Shown: positions 25,495 through 38,985 of the stretch, one piece after another | Numbering within the stretch: the first letter of the stretch is position 1 | Layout: each line of letters opens with the position of its first letter | DNA from: the human T2T-CHM13v2.0 reference genome, Homo sapiens | Assembly (NCBI RefSeq): GCF_009914755.1 | Contig: NC_060926.1 | DNA length: 64,000 nucleotides | Reading direction: 5' to 3' (one strand) | Translations under genes and position numbers: made by a program | Notes under the pieces: model-generated | The model's input: only the letters and a program-made list of their open reading frames with translations | Database searches by the model: none | What the model was told of the DNA's origin: nothing

Positions 25495-26930
25495 TGAGAG
25501 GTGACAGCATGCTGGCAGCCCTCGCTCACTCTCAGTGCCTCCTCGGCCTTGGCGCCCACTCTGGCCGCACTTGAGGAGCCCTTCAGCCCGCTGCTGCACT
25601 GTGGGAGCCCCTCTCTGGGCTGGCCAAGGCCAGAGCCGGTTCCCTCTGCCTACAGGGAGGTGTGGAGGAGAGGCATGGGTGGGAACCGGGGTTGCGCGTG
25701 GCACTCATGGGCCAGCGTGACTTCTGGGTGGGTGCGGGCTCAGCAGGCCCCACACTCAGAGCAGCCAGCTGGCACCACCAGCCCCAGGCAGTGAGGGGCT
25801 TAGCACCCGGGCCAGCAGCTGCAGAGGGTGTGCTGGGTCCCCCAGCACTGCTGGCCCACCTATGCCATGCTTGAATTCTCACTGGGCCTCAGCCACCTAC
25901 CCACGGGGCAGGGCTCAGGACCTGCAGCCTTCCATGCCTGAGCCCTGCCCCTCCATGGGCTCCTGCGTGGCCCAAGCCTCCCCAGCGGGCGCCGCCCCCT
26001 GCTCCATGGTGCCCGGTCCCATCGTCGGCCCAAGTGCTGAGGAGTGCGGGTGCACGGTACGGGACTGGCGGGCAGATCTGCCTGATGCCTTGGTGCAGGA
26101 TCCACTAGGTGAAGCCAGCTGGGCTCCTCAGTTGGGTGGAGACTTGGAGAACTTTTATGTCTAGCTAAAGGATTGTAAATACACCAATCAGCACTCTGTG
26201 TCTAGCTCAAGATTTGTAAACACACCAATTAGCACCCTGTGTCTAGCTCAAGGTTTGTAAATGCACCAATCAGTGCTCTGTGTCTAGTTAACCTAGTGGG
26301 GACTTGGAGAACTTTTACATCTAGCTAGAGGATTGTAAATACACCAATCAGCACTCTGTGTCTAGCTCAGGGATTGTAAACGCACCAGTCAGCACCCTGT
26401 CAAAACGGACCAAAAAGCTCTCTGTAAAATGGACCAATCAGCTCTCTGTAAAATGGGCCAGTCAGCAGGATGTGGGTGGGGTCAGATAAGGGAATAAAAG
26501 CAGGCTGCCCCAGCTGGCAGCGACAACCCACTCGGGTCCCCTTCCACGTTGTGGAAGCTTTGTTCTTTCGCTCTTTGCAATAAATCTTGCTGCTGCTCAC
26601 TCTTTGAGGCCGCACTGGCTGTAACACTCACCATGAAGGTCTGTAGCTTCACTCCTGAGGCCAGTGAGACCACAAACCAACAGGGAGGAATGAACAACTC
26701 CAGACACGCTGCCTTAAGAGCCGTAACACTCACTGCGAAAGTTTGCAGCTTCACTCCTGAAGCCAGGGAGACCATGAACCCACCAGAAGGAAGAAACTCC
26801 GAACACGTCCGAACATCAGAAGGAACAAACTCCAGACACACCATCTTTAAGAACTGTAACACTCACCACAAGGGTCCGCAGCTTCATTCTTGAAGTCAGT
26901 GAGATCAAGAACCCACCAATTCCAGACACA
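25495..26930 (+). mobile_element. LTR12 (C/D-like) solo HERV9 LTR
   Basis: TGAGAGGTGACAGC..CCAATTCCAGACACA; TSD GTAT; ~41-bp CCAAT-containing tandem units at 26150-26460. Confidence 0.95.
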
Positions 26931-29060
26931 GTATTACATTTATTATGTATGGAGCCTTTCTCTTCCATTGAATGATATTTTTCTTGGAGGAAAAAAAGTG
27001 TTTTTCTTATTCATCTTTGTCTTATCCATCATGTCCAGGCTGCCCCTAACATACATCTTTTATACAGTCAATGCTTCAGTAATACATTGCTGAAGGTTGG
27101 GCAATGCTGGTGGCCCAGAAGCAATTGATTTATTATTGTTTTTATTTTTAAAATTTCAGTTCAGGTTTGGGTGAGAAAAAGGTGAGAGTAAAAGTTGGGC
27201 ACATCAAAACTTCTCTTACCAATAATGTTTGAATCTTTACTGTAGGCATGACCAAGTAGCTCACGATGACATGGACTTCAAACAAATCTGATTTTACCAA
27301 TTATCTTTGCTTTAGGAATCCAGTGATTACCTGGGAGTATTTTGATGGCCATGTTTGATTATTTAGTTTTCATTTTCAAACCCATCACTATTTTTCTAGT
27401 TTAAATAATTTAAACAGCTCTAGGGTAGACAATAATGTCAGAAATAAATTGTAGACTAAAAGCATTACTGGTACATTTGCATCTAAGATTCATTTGCTGA
27501 AATTATCAGGCTGGGTTACAATAGATTGTGGTTGAGGCACAGACTGTCAAGACTCTCAAGGGCTACTTTGTCCTGGAAATGATTTTTAAAGTAAGCAAGG
27601 ATGTTTATCTAATAACAATATGAATTGAAGAAATATTTTCTTGTTTTGTTGCACTATCATTCTCAGATAGTTCTTATATGTAAGCCCTGACTAGGGCATT
27701 TAACACAGCAGAGAAAACTACACACTTCCACCTTCATTTTGAAGGCCAGGCACATGTCAGCATAATGGAGTTCTGGTATGAGTAGTCTCAAATCTGGACA
27801 TCTCTCAGGATTGGCAAATGATGAGTCTCAGGAGCTGTAATTCTTTGGGCTGATGACTGGGGCTGGAACAAATTAAGAGATCTCATTCTTTTCTGGCAAG
27901 TGGAGAAGGCTATTAGAGTTTTACATATTTTGAAGACATTGTCTAGCCCCATTCAAATACCTTAAGTGCTTTTTTCCTACCAGCATACATTTCAAGCAAC
28001 AGATCTAATACAGGCAGTTAATGCAACAGCTCTAAAGAAATATTCTCATATAACCAATTGAATCCATCTCAGGTGACCACTCAATTACTGCAAATACACA
28101 CATTAAACCATCGCTTCAAGGTAATTTGTTTTATAATTATTTGGTGTGATTAAATTAATTACCTGGAAGCATTACAAAGTAAATTCTCTTTTTTTCCTTT
28201 TTGCCAGACATGAAAAGTGGTTTGCAAGCATCATGTTTCATGTGCTCTCTTCGTGTCTTCTCCTAGCATATACTCCTTTCATCCTTTTCTCCCACCTGCT
28301 CCTCCAGCCCTATTGTGTGTGTTCACTATGGTTCAACATATTGGCATTGTTGCCCAGGTTTCCTAAGATCTGTGCTCATCAGTGCTCTTCACTGGTTGAC
28401 TGCTCAAGTAGTTGACTTCTACTCATCATTCTGTCCTTGGCCTTAAAATTGTTTCTTCAAGAAAATCTTCCCCAACTTCTAAAACTAGGTTAAGTGACTC
28501 AATTACATGAAAATACTCTCATGTTAATGATGTATATTTACTTAATTTTTTCTCTTATCACTAGATAAGGTCTATGTGAATAGGAACTTAGGCCCAGTTT
28601 CTCTGAGATCTATGCCCCAAAACAACTACCACAATGGTGGTTGTGGCAACACCATTCTTTTCCGTAGAACCGACCTCTAACATATGATGACAGTACTGAA
28701 TTTCCTGCCTACTCCTTTGAGACAGTAGCAGCTATGTCAGATCTTATACAACTATCACTATGGAGCACTGACCATGATAGTAGCCCAAGCTGTCTTTGGC
28801 AAGTAACTTTAATATCAAAGATTTTTAGAGTCCTGTGTTGCTCCACATGTGTTGACAGACCCACACGTGTTGCTATTATACTGGCAAAGAACAGCAAGTC
28901 TTCCTAAATTCTAATTTGTGGGTAAAAACATATGCATTCCTAGGGAATTTTGAAGATGTTTGTGGAAGCAGAATCTTTCAAAGTCTATATGTTCTTATAA
29001 GTCTAAGAAGTAGTAGCAGTGAGAAGTTTTGGGAAATTCAGGAAAGGTAACTTTCTCTGG

Positions 29061-29450
29061 TATATTTTTTTGCTAGAGCTGCCATAAAAAATATTACAAT
29101 CACAGATTGGGTAGCTAAAGCAACAGAAATGTAGTTTCTCACAGTTCTGGAGGCTGGAAGTCCAAGATCAAGATGTCAGCAGGTTTGGTTTCTTCTGGGG
29201 CTCCTCTCCTTGGCTTGCATATGGCCGCCTTCTCACTGTATCTTCACATGGCCTTTTCTCTCTGAGTAAATAGCACTGGTACATCTCTGCTTCTTATAAA
29301 AAAAAATCAGTCATATTGAATCAGAGCCCCACCCTTAAGACATCATTTAAATTTAATTATCTTTCTAAAGGCCCTATCTCCAAACACAGTCACAGTGAAC
29401 AATGGGGATTCAACTTATAAACTTGGAGAAAACATAATTTACTCCTTCAC
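29061..29450 (-). mobile_element. MLT1A-like MaLR LTR
   Basis: TTCTCACAGTTCTGGAGGCTGGAAGTCCAAGATCAAG. Confidence 0.8.
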
Positions 29451-29777
29451 ATCTAGTAATTCCTGGGATAATCTGGTTACATTGGTTTCTACTGTTTCAA
29501 AAGAGTGATCTTTAATGTTGCTGCATTTTGTTCTTTTATAGGTATATACTCATACATATGTAGTATATATGTTTATATCAAATATACATAAAGATTTATG
29601 TGTGTATATATATATTTATATATTTATATATATAAAATTAATGATTCTGACCTGGACCTCAAAATAATGTCTATATTTTGCTGTTAATATACCTAGCCAA
29701 AACAAGACCCATTGATCTGTTGCCTAAAAGAAACACTTCAACTGTTAAGATACATATAGACTGAAATAAAGGAATGG

Positions 29778-30229
29778 TGTGATGGTTAATACTGAGTGTC
29801 AACTTGATTGGATTGAAGGATGCAAAATATTGATCTTGGGTGTGTCTCTGACGGTGTAGCCAAAGGAGATAAACATTTGAGTCAGTTGGCTAGGAAAGGC
29901 AGACCCACCCTTAATATGGGTGAACACCATCTAATCAGCTGTGAGTGTGGCCAGAAAATAAAGCAGACAGAAAAATGTGAGAAGATTAGACTGGCTTAGA
30001 TTCCCAGGCTACATCTTTCTCTAACGCTGGATGCTTCCCATCCTCAAACATCAAACTCCAAATTCTTCAGCTTTGGAACTCGGACTTGCTTCCTTGCTCT
30101 TCAGCTTGCAGATGGCCTATTGTGGGACCTTGTGATACTGTGAGTTAATATTCCCTAATAAACTCCCCTTTATACATATACATATATATATATATATATG
30201 TATATACACACACACATATATATATGTGT

Positions 30230-30263
<34 letters not shown>

Positions 30264-30301
30264 TATTAGTTCTGTCTCTCTAGAAAACCCTGACTAATAC
30301 A
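29778..30301 (+). mobile_element. MLT2A (HERVL 5' LTR)
   Basis: TGTGATGGTTAATACTGAGTGTCAACTTGATTGG..CCCTGACTAATACA. Confidence 0.92.
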
Positions 30302-31620
30302 GATTTTGGTATCAGGAGAGGGGTTCTAGAGAAACAGAATATTAAGCATAAAGTTCTTTTGTTGGTTTTGTAGTTTCTGGAGTTGGCTGCTTAATATGAT
30401 TAGACCCTAAAATGCTAAGGACTCTACTTCTAATGGTATGGAGAACACTAATAGTCCTTGGCATGAACTGTTAAGAGAGTTATGCAAAAATAAATGCATT
30501 TGACACTCCTGATTCACTGCTCATGAGAGGCAAGGAGTTTAGTGACTCTATACATAATACCTTTGACAATATGTGGAGAACCAAAGAACATAATGAAGTT
30601 TGTTGGTTGCCCCTAAGTTCACTGGACAAAGTGATGAAAGAAAATGAAGAATTCGGGGATTCTAACTCCCGGCCTTCAGAAGCAGATCCTGAACTTTACA
30701 TCTGCTAAGATTGCCCTTAGTGACAGTCTTGTCTCCTGTAGAGAAAGAGCTGAAATTGTGGAAAACCAGACACAAGCTCTTATCATGTGAGTAACTGACC
30801 TACAATGAAAGGTACATGCGCAACCTTGCCAGGTGTCTACTGTTAAAGTGAGGGCATTGATTGAAAAAGAATGGAACCCTACAGCTTGGAATGGGGATGT
30901 GTGGGAGAACTCTGATGAAGCTGGGGACATTGAGCTTGTAAACTCTGATTAACCTTTTTTGCCAGAAGAAACAACTTCCCCATTCCCAGTAGGGGCAACA
31001 TCCCTTCCTCGATCAATGCTGCCATCAGCCCTTCCACCTTTTTCTGGGAAGATAAACCCTACGCTGCCTGAGGCAACAGTGATGGCCTCCCCTGAGGCAG
31101 TTGCCAGGCAAGACAGTGTTGATTCTCCTCTGGACTTTCCCCCAACACCCCTGTTTTCTTCTAGACCTATAACTAGACTAAAGTCCTGATGGGCCTCTAA
31201 AGGTGAGGTTCAGAGTGTGACACAAAAGGAGATGCACTAGATTTGAAAAGAACTGCTTGAGTTTTCTAATTTATATAAGCAGAAATCTGGAAACAGGCAT
31301 AGGAATGGATTTAAGGGAGTGGGATGATGGTAGAAGGAACACAAATTTGGATCGGGCTGAATTTATTGGTTTGGGCCCACTAAATAATGGTTCTGCATTT
31401 AATATTGTAGATCAGGGAGTTTAAAAAAGGTTCTAATAGTTTATTTGCTTGGTTAGCTGAAATATGGGTTAATAGATGGCCCAATGTGAGTGAGCTGGAA
31501 ATGCCTAATCTCTCTTGGTTTAATGTAAAGGAAGGGATCCAAAGGCTTAGGGAGATTGGAATGCTGAAGTGGGTTAGTCACTTTAAACCTACTTATTCCA
31601 GCTGGGAGGGTCCAGAAGAC
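30302..31620 (+). mobile_element. HERVL internal region (PBS, gag remnant), truncated
   Basis: GATTTTGGTATCAGGAG immediately after the LTR; gag-like ORF pieces 30523-30708 and 30959-31189. Confidence 0.88.
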
Positions 31621-31730
31621 AACAAAATATTAGGGAACCAAATTAAATAATACATTTAAAAGATCACGCATCATGACCAAGTGGGATTTTTCCCTGGTTT
31701 GCAAGAAAGTTTCAACATAATCAATAAATG

Positions 31731-31949
31731 TATGACATTTCTATTTTTATTGTTTATTTATACAAATATTATAAATAAATACTAAAGTAAATATTAATAT
31801 AAATAAATATTAATTATTTGTTGTTTTATTTATTATTTATATATTTAATTTACTTATAATTATGTTTTATTTATTTAATTTATTTGTTATTGGTTTGTTT
31901 AATTTATGTTGTATTGATTATGATTATTTATTGATTACATAATTTAAAA
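31731..31949. repeat. AT-rich low-complexity insertion in L1 ORF2
   Basis: Interrupts CAATAAATG|TCATACATC; contains reverse-complement copies of its flanks. Confidence 0.85.
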
Positions 31950-34900
31950 TGTCATACATCATATCAATAGAAGGAAGGACAATAATCATATGGTCATTTC
32001 AATTGATGCTGAAAAAGCATTTGATAAAATTCAACATCCATTCATGCTAAAAACTCTAGAAATCCTAGGTATAGAAAGAACATACCTCAACATAGTAAAG
32101 GCTAGAGATGACAGACCCACAGCTAGTATTATACTGAATGAGGAAAAGCTGAAAACCTTTTCTCTAAGATCTGGAACACAACAAAGATGCCCATTTTCAC
32201 CACTGTTATGCAACATAGTACGGAAAGTTCTAGCTAGAGCAGTCACACAAGAGAAGGCTATAAAGGTAATCCAAATTGGAAAATAAAAGAAGTAAAATTG
32301 TCCTTGTTGGCAAATGATATGATCTTATATTTGAAAAAACCTAAAGACTCCACAAAAAAACTATTAGAACTGGTCAATAAATTCAGTAAAGCTGAAGGAT
32401 ATGGAATCAACATACAAAAATCACTCATATTTCTATATGCCAACCATGAACAATCTGAAAAAGAAATTTAAAAAGTAATCCCATGTACAATACCCAAAAT
32501 AAAATTAAGTACTTAGGAATTAGCCAAAAAAGTGAAAGATCTGTATAATGAAAACTATGAAACACTGATGAAAGAAATTGAAGAGGATACCTAAAAAGTA
32601 GAAAGATAGTGTAGTGCAGGTTCCTAGATTGGAAGAATGAGTATTGTTAAAATGTCCATACTACTCAAAGCAATCTATAGATTTAATGCAATCCCCATTA
32701 AAATACCAATGACGTTTTGCATGAAAATGGAAGAAAAACTATCCTATATTTCATATGGGACCACAAAAGACCCAAAATAAGCAAATATATCCTAAGCAAA
32801 AAGAACAAAACTGGAGGCATCACATTACCTGACTTCAAACTATACCACAGAGCTATAGTTACAAAAACAGCATGGTACTGGCATACAAACAGACACATAG
32901 ACCAACGGAACAGAATAGAGAACTCAGGAAAAAAATACACACTCCTAGAGTAAACTCAATTTCAACAAAGCTGCCAAGAACATACATGGGGGAAAATACA
33001 GCCTTCAGTAAACCATGCTGGGAAAACTAGATATCTATATGCAGAAGAATAAAACTTGAATCCTGTCTCTCAATTTATACAAAAATCAAATCAAAATGAA
33101 TTAAAGACTTAAATGTAAGACCTCAAACTATGACACTACTACAAGAAAACCTGGGGAAAATCTCCAGGTTACTGGGCAAAAATTTATCAAGTAGTACCTT
33201 ACAAGCACAGGCAACCAATGTAAAAATGGACAAGTGGTATCACATCAAGTTAAAAAGGTCTGCACAGCAAAGGAAACAATCAACAAAGTGAAGAGACAAC
33301 CCACAAATTGGGAGAAAATATTTGCAAGCAACTCATCTGACAAGGGATTAAAAACCAGAATACATAAACAGCTCAAACTCTATCAGAAAAAATTGAATAA
33401 TCCAATTCAAACTGGGCAGAATATTTGAATAGACATTTCTCAAAAGAAGACTTACAAATGACAAACAGGAATATGAAAAAGTGCTTAACATCATTGATCA
33501 TCAAAGAAATGCAAATCAGAACTACAGTGAAATATCATCTCACCCCAGTTAAAATGGCTTTTATACAAAAGTCAGGCAATAACAAATACTGGTGAGGATG
33601 TGGAAAAAAGGAAACCCTCATACACTGTTGGTGGAAAAGTAAATTAGTACAACCACTATGAAGACCAGTATGGAGGTTCCTCAAACGACTAAAAATAGAG
33701 GTACTATACAATGCAGCAATCTCACTGCTGAGTATATAACCCTACCCCCCCAAAAAAATAGGATATTGAAGAGATATCTGAACTTCCATGTTTGTTTCAG
33801 CACTGTTCACAACAGCCAAGATTTGGAAGCAACCTAAGTGTCCATCAACAGATGAATGTATAAAGAAAATGTGGTACATATACACAATGGAGTACTATTC
33901 AGCCATAAAAATGAATGACATTCAGTATTTGCAACAACATGGATGGAACTGGAGGTCATTATCTTAAGCGACATAAGCCAGGCACAGAAAGACAATCATT
34001 ACATATTCTCACTTACTTGTGGGATCTAAAAATCAAAACAATTGAACCCATGGAGATAGAGAGTAGAAGGGAGGTTACCAGAAGCTGGGAGGGGTAGTAG
34101 AGGGTTAGAGGGGATGTCTGGATGGTTAACAGGTATGAAAATAGTTAGAATAAATATGGCCTACTATTTCATAGCACAACATGATGAGTGTAGTCAATAT
34201 TAGTTTAATTGTACATTCAAAAATAACTAAAAGAGTATAATTGGATTGTTTGTAACACAAAGGATAAATGCTTTAGGGCATGGATACCCCATTTTCCATT
34301 ATGTGATATTATGCATTGCATGTCTCTGTTAGAACATCTCATGTACCCCATAAATATGTACACCACAAAAATTAAATCTAAAAAACTACAAAAATATTTT
34401 TTAAAATTACATAGCCAACTCTCCTTTAACAGATAGCAGTGTATATATATTTTAGGAATGGTCTTAAGGGGAAATAATATTTCTCATGAAAGAGCCTTAG
34501 AGACATAAACATACAGACAGTTAAATTCTGCTCTACATAATCTATTGCATTTAAGGGATTAAAAAGAATTTGTCATATTTGGTCACAGATAGCCCTTACA
34601 ATCTCTGCACATGAGAATTTAGACCCTTTTGAACCATCAATATGGCTCTTTATTGTGCATTTTAATGTTTACTGAGATGGAAAAATATAAAATTCATTAT
34701 TATTTTGCACAGACTTATCTAAAATTGTTTTAGATACTGACCAGATGTTTTTTCTTTTCTTGTTTTGTCTTAATCTGTGATTTGGGATATTTCTTCAGCC
34801 TGTTTCTGATCCAAGGTATTTGCTTTGTATACCTTATCGTGAAAACTGTTTTATTCATAGGCAAGTGAAAATGCTCAGCCTGAGTGAACAAATTTCCTGC

Positions 34901-35316
34901 ATGACAAAGCTGTTGTCTTTCCTGACAGGAGAAGCTCCAATTCCCTGTTTAATGCAATCAGTGGAGGAAGTCTATGAACTGTTTGAATTGAAATGAAAAA
35001 CCATAATGATGACGTTTATAACATCTGTCACTTTAGATTTGCTTGGTCTATATATCTCTCTCTGGAATAATAGTGATTTATGCAAATTGCTTTTCACTGC
35101 AATTTATATCAGTGTAAAGATGCCACTAGATATATGGAGAATTTTATTTGCTTCAAACTGACTGTCTATTTAATTGTATTTGCCACTAACTGAAAATACT
35201 ACCCTCTGGCACATCTGCTTAGATATAATGGTTAATTTATTTTTGGGTTTTATAACTTCAGCCTCTTCCACTTGTTAGATACTTGAAAGCATAACTTTCT
35301 CTCTCTCTTTTCTTTG

Positions 35317-35350
<34 letters not shown>

Positions 35351-35490
35351 TTAATATATGTATATGTAACATCTTTATGTCACAAATCTGGTAACTACAC
35401 TTTTATTTCTCTAGGAACTTCATTGCCTAGATATCATTATTCCTCTTGTGGAAGGAAAAAAAATGCTTATTCTGGCTACTTAAACTACAG

Positions 35491-35685
35491 CAGTGGTTCC
35501 CAATATAGAGAAAGAGGGTATCTTGTGACTGTGAACATTTTTGGCTGTCACAAGTGGGAAGGGTTACTATTAGCACCTGTGAATAGAGGCCAGGGATGCT
35601 GCTAAACATTCTACAATTTATGAGACAGTCTGATAACAAAATATTCAGTCCAAAGTGTCAATAGTGCTAAGGTTGATAAACCTTG
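35491..35685 (+). mobile_element. MER20-like hAT MITE
   Basis: CAGTGGTTCCCAA..GAGGCCAGGGATGCTGCTAAACAT..GTGCTAAGGTTGATAAACC. Confidence 0.8.
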
Positions 35686-36049
35686 AACTACAGAATGGTT
35701 TTCGTAGTGCACTGGAGCTGCATTATTAAGATATGTCTACATAAATCCCGATATTTCCATTAAAGGTCAACAACTTCTAAAAATACAAAGATCAATTGAT
35801 CTAGGCATAGATGAATTTCCAGGAAATCCAATTGCATTTTCAGTTGTAGTTTTGGAGTATTTTAGATGCCTGAATTCTTTCTGGCTGCTTCTATTCTGCC
35901 CTCTATAGACCCGGGCTTTCCCCAGAGTTGCAGAGAGCCCAGTGTGGCCTTATGCTTTTTCCATAGACTCCTTTTACTTTGAAGGAAAAGGAGCAAAAGA
36001 GCCCAGAAATTCATCCTCAATCATAATTTTGGCTCTCTGCTGCTCAGCA

Positions 36050-37050
36050 CTCCTGTGTCTTTCTCAGTATGTCTTCTACTGCAATGATCTCTTTTTCTCT
36101 GTCCCCTTCACTAACTTTTCCTCTTCCTCCCATTCCTTTCATGTAGCTACCACCCAGGGCTCTGACACATAATCTCTTTCTTTACTTCTGAATGTGCTCC
36201 TTTGACATTTTCATTTACTTTCTGGTTTCAATAATGATTTCTAGAGGATTATTGAATTTGCAATATAAGCCTAAGTGTCTTTTCTGAATTACAGATTTTT
36301 TTCTCTGGGTACCAGGTGCTTTGCCCAACTTTACTGATTTGCTTAAAGGCACCTTTCATAACCTCCTCCTTTACGTTTACCACATTGACATAATCGGTGC
36401 TAAATCATGCAGATTGTGCCTCATGTAGTTTCTTTCCATCCATACTTATTTCCCAGTATTATTTGCCTTCTCCATCCACTCAGTCCTATATGATATGGTC
36501 ATAGGAATTTCTTCAAAGCAGAGATTATTTGTGTTAGCACACTGCTAAAATCCTGAGTGCAAACTCTTCACCATATGCGTTAAATGAAAAGTCCCCATCC
36601 TGACATTCAAGATCCTCACTAACATTCCCCAAACTAATCTTTCTGCTTCAACAATGTATATACCAAAAGAACTTTCACATTCCAGCCAATATACCCTGAT
36701 CCTTGATCATGAATATGCCCGTATTTTCCCGAGTGTCTGTTTCAAGCTTGCTTTGTCCCCTGTAAACTCTGCACCACATCATTACAGATCCTGTAAGAAG
36801 CCTTTTTTTTAAAAGCCTCCCATGCTCCTCCACCTTCAACATTATTTTTCTCTTTTATAAATACCCAGAGTACTTGTTGCCACCATTTTATCAATGCTTA
36901 CCTAGTGGAATGATCAGTTTTGTCCTTGTCCAATTTTCTGTGTTAAATAAACTGCACATTGTTTGTTGAAGGGCATGGATTGAGTTTTTCGTATCTGTTT
37001 TTCTTCAAAACACTAAACATAAGACGCTGCACATTATTCATTGTCAGTAA
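36050..37050 (+). mobile_element. Degenerate L2 fragments
   Basis: CT-rich L2-like sequence with an L2-like 3' end; weak. Confidence 0.45.
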
Positions 37051-37419
37051 ATGTCATACTCAAATTGCAATCTACCTTTTGCCCTCCATCTTCAACTGCT
37101 GACAGAATATTTATTTTATTTTTATCTAAAATTCTGCTTATTTCTAAAGCTGGGCTCATCTTCCCCTGATCACAAGATTCTCCATTTACAATTTCTTATT
37201 TTTGTCAAGGTAGGTCTTTTAACTCATTAGCCAAGTGAAAAACAAACAAGCAAAACAACAACAACAACAACAAAAACCTCAGTCTTTAATTTTATACTTC
37301 CTTTTCTTCTTTTCTTTTTAAGTCTTTTGAATCTTTCCTTGAACGATCTACACCTGCATTTTATGTTGACCTCTTAACCAGTGTTTCTGCCACTCACTTT
37401 ATTTGAACACTAATAAAAA

Positions 37420-37630
37420 TTGCTCACATTGTTTTGAATTCTTCCTATGTGCTAGGCAGTACTTAAGCACTTCCTAATCAGTAATTCTCTTAATGCTGAA
37501 AACAATCTTATTATCATGATTCCTGGAGAGATAAAATGACTTTGCCACAGAAACAAAATTATAAAGTGGTGAGCCAGAAGCAAACTTAGGCAACCCGACA
37601 CCAAGTCTTAAAACACTAGGCATACTGTTC
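37420..37630 (-). mobile_element. MIR
   Basis: CTATGTGCTAGGCAGTACTTAAGCACTT core-like motif. Confidence 0.55.
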
Positions 37631-38741
37631 CCCATCCTTGAATTCATCTTCAACTACAAGCAATTTAATTAAATCTCTTTCCATAATAAAACATTTTTTC
37701 CATTGTTAATAGAAGAAAAAACCATATTTTTCTGAATTCTAGACCACGTTCAATTTCTCCCAACAATACTGATCCAAACTTGTCTATTGCAAGAGCCTAT
37801 CTCTCCAGCAGTTGCAGACACTGGCTGAAGCTTCCCCCCTTGTCATTTCTGCCTCTACAACTTGCTCAGTCTTCTCCTTTCACCTTTTCTGCTATCCATG
37901 CCCTCCTTATCCAGTAATTCAGACGTGCAAATGAATAGACTATAGGTCATATATGACCTACACAGCACTGGTTTATGGTATTTTAAAGTAAGATAGTAAA
38001 AATTAGATGTTTTCACAAAAGATTCAGATTCCTGGTTCTTCAGAAAAATGGAAAGATCTGGCAATGTTGAGCCTGCTTATCGCCTCATAGTAATTCATGG
38101 GAGCTGAGAAGTTACTGTTTTATTTAAACAGAACGGACCCCTCCACCCACTACTCTCTCTGCCATACCGATGCTAAGGGAACAGTCACTATTTAGCTTGC
38201 GTTAATTCTTGTGTGTATATTGACTTTAATACTAGAGTTAGAGGAAAGTAAAATACTTATTATCTTAATATCTCTATGAAAAGCCAAAAAAAAAAGTAAA
38301 ATAAAATTACTTTTGAAGATTAAGAAAACCAAAAAAGGTATATTACATAAAGCCAGTAAAAATATTATTTTGCGTTTATTAAGCTATAAATGCAGGTAAA
38401 ACAAATGAATGAAAATGAATAAATGAGTGTTAGTATGTAGGGAACTAAATATACTTAACATTCATTCCGTGGAAGACAATTTCCATATGTTATTACATTA
38501 GATACTTACCAGATCTCATGATGTTCTCTCCATTTAAAAGATAAGGCAACTGAAGCTCAGAAAGGATGAAGTTGCCTGCGACCACATGAATATGAAGCTA
38601 TTTAGTAGTGTGGCCAGGGTTTCCTCTGACCTGGCTGAAAAGTCTAAGTGCTTCCCACACTGCCATATTTAAGTAACACATTGATTAATTATGTCATTAA
38701 GTGTGAATAGAGAGCACAGACATTGTTACTAATTCTCAGAG

Positions 38742-38909
38742 TCAGTGATAAGCTGGCTCACACTGACTGATAACAGCCCTTTGTGCACTTCTCTTCCTAT
38801 CTCCACCTTAATGCCATCACACAGGTAGCTTGAAATCAGCCTTGGAGGGAGTATTTACACCATGGAAGCTGGCAAAAATCCTAAAATTAGGGCTGGTGTT
38901 TTGTTTTGG

Positions 38910-38953
<44 letters not shown>

Positions 38954-38985
38954 AGCCTGTTGTTAAACATTTACTGGCACGTTCT
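38742..38985. mobile_element. MER63-like hAT element containing (TG)n
   Basis: GGGAGTATTTACACCATGGAA..TTGTTAAACATTTAC. Confidence 0.65.

Larger units (their letters stand above)
29701..34407 (+). mobile_element. L1MA2-like element (EN fragment 29701-29777; RT to 3' end 31621-34407)
   Basis: ORF 31990-32286 [17 protein letters not shown]; L1MA-type 3'UTR; candidate TSD TAC(C/A)TAGCCAA at 29690 and 34408. Confidence 0.88.

Noticed and set aside
26150-26460. Regularly spaced ~41-bp repeats resembling a CRISPR array
   Set aside because: These are LTR12 U3 tandem units with no unique spacers, in a eukaryotic context with no cas genes.
25380-27093. Overlapping ORFs and apparent GC island
   Set aside because: Explained by the LTR12; many CpGs have decayed to TG/CA.
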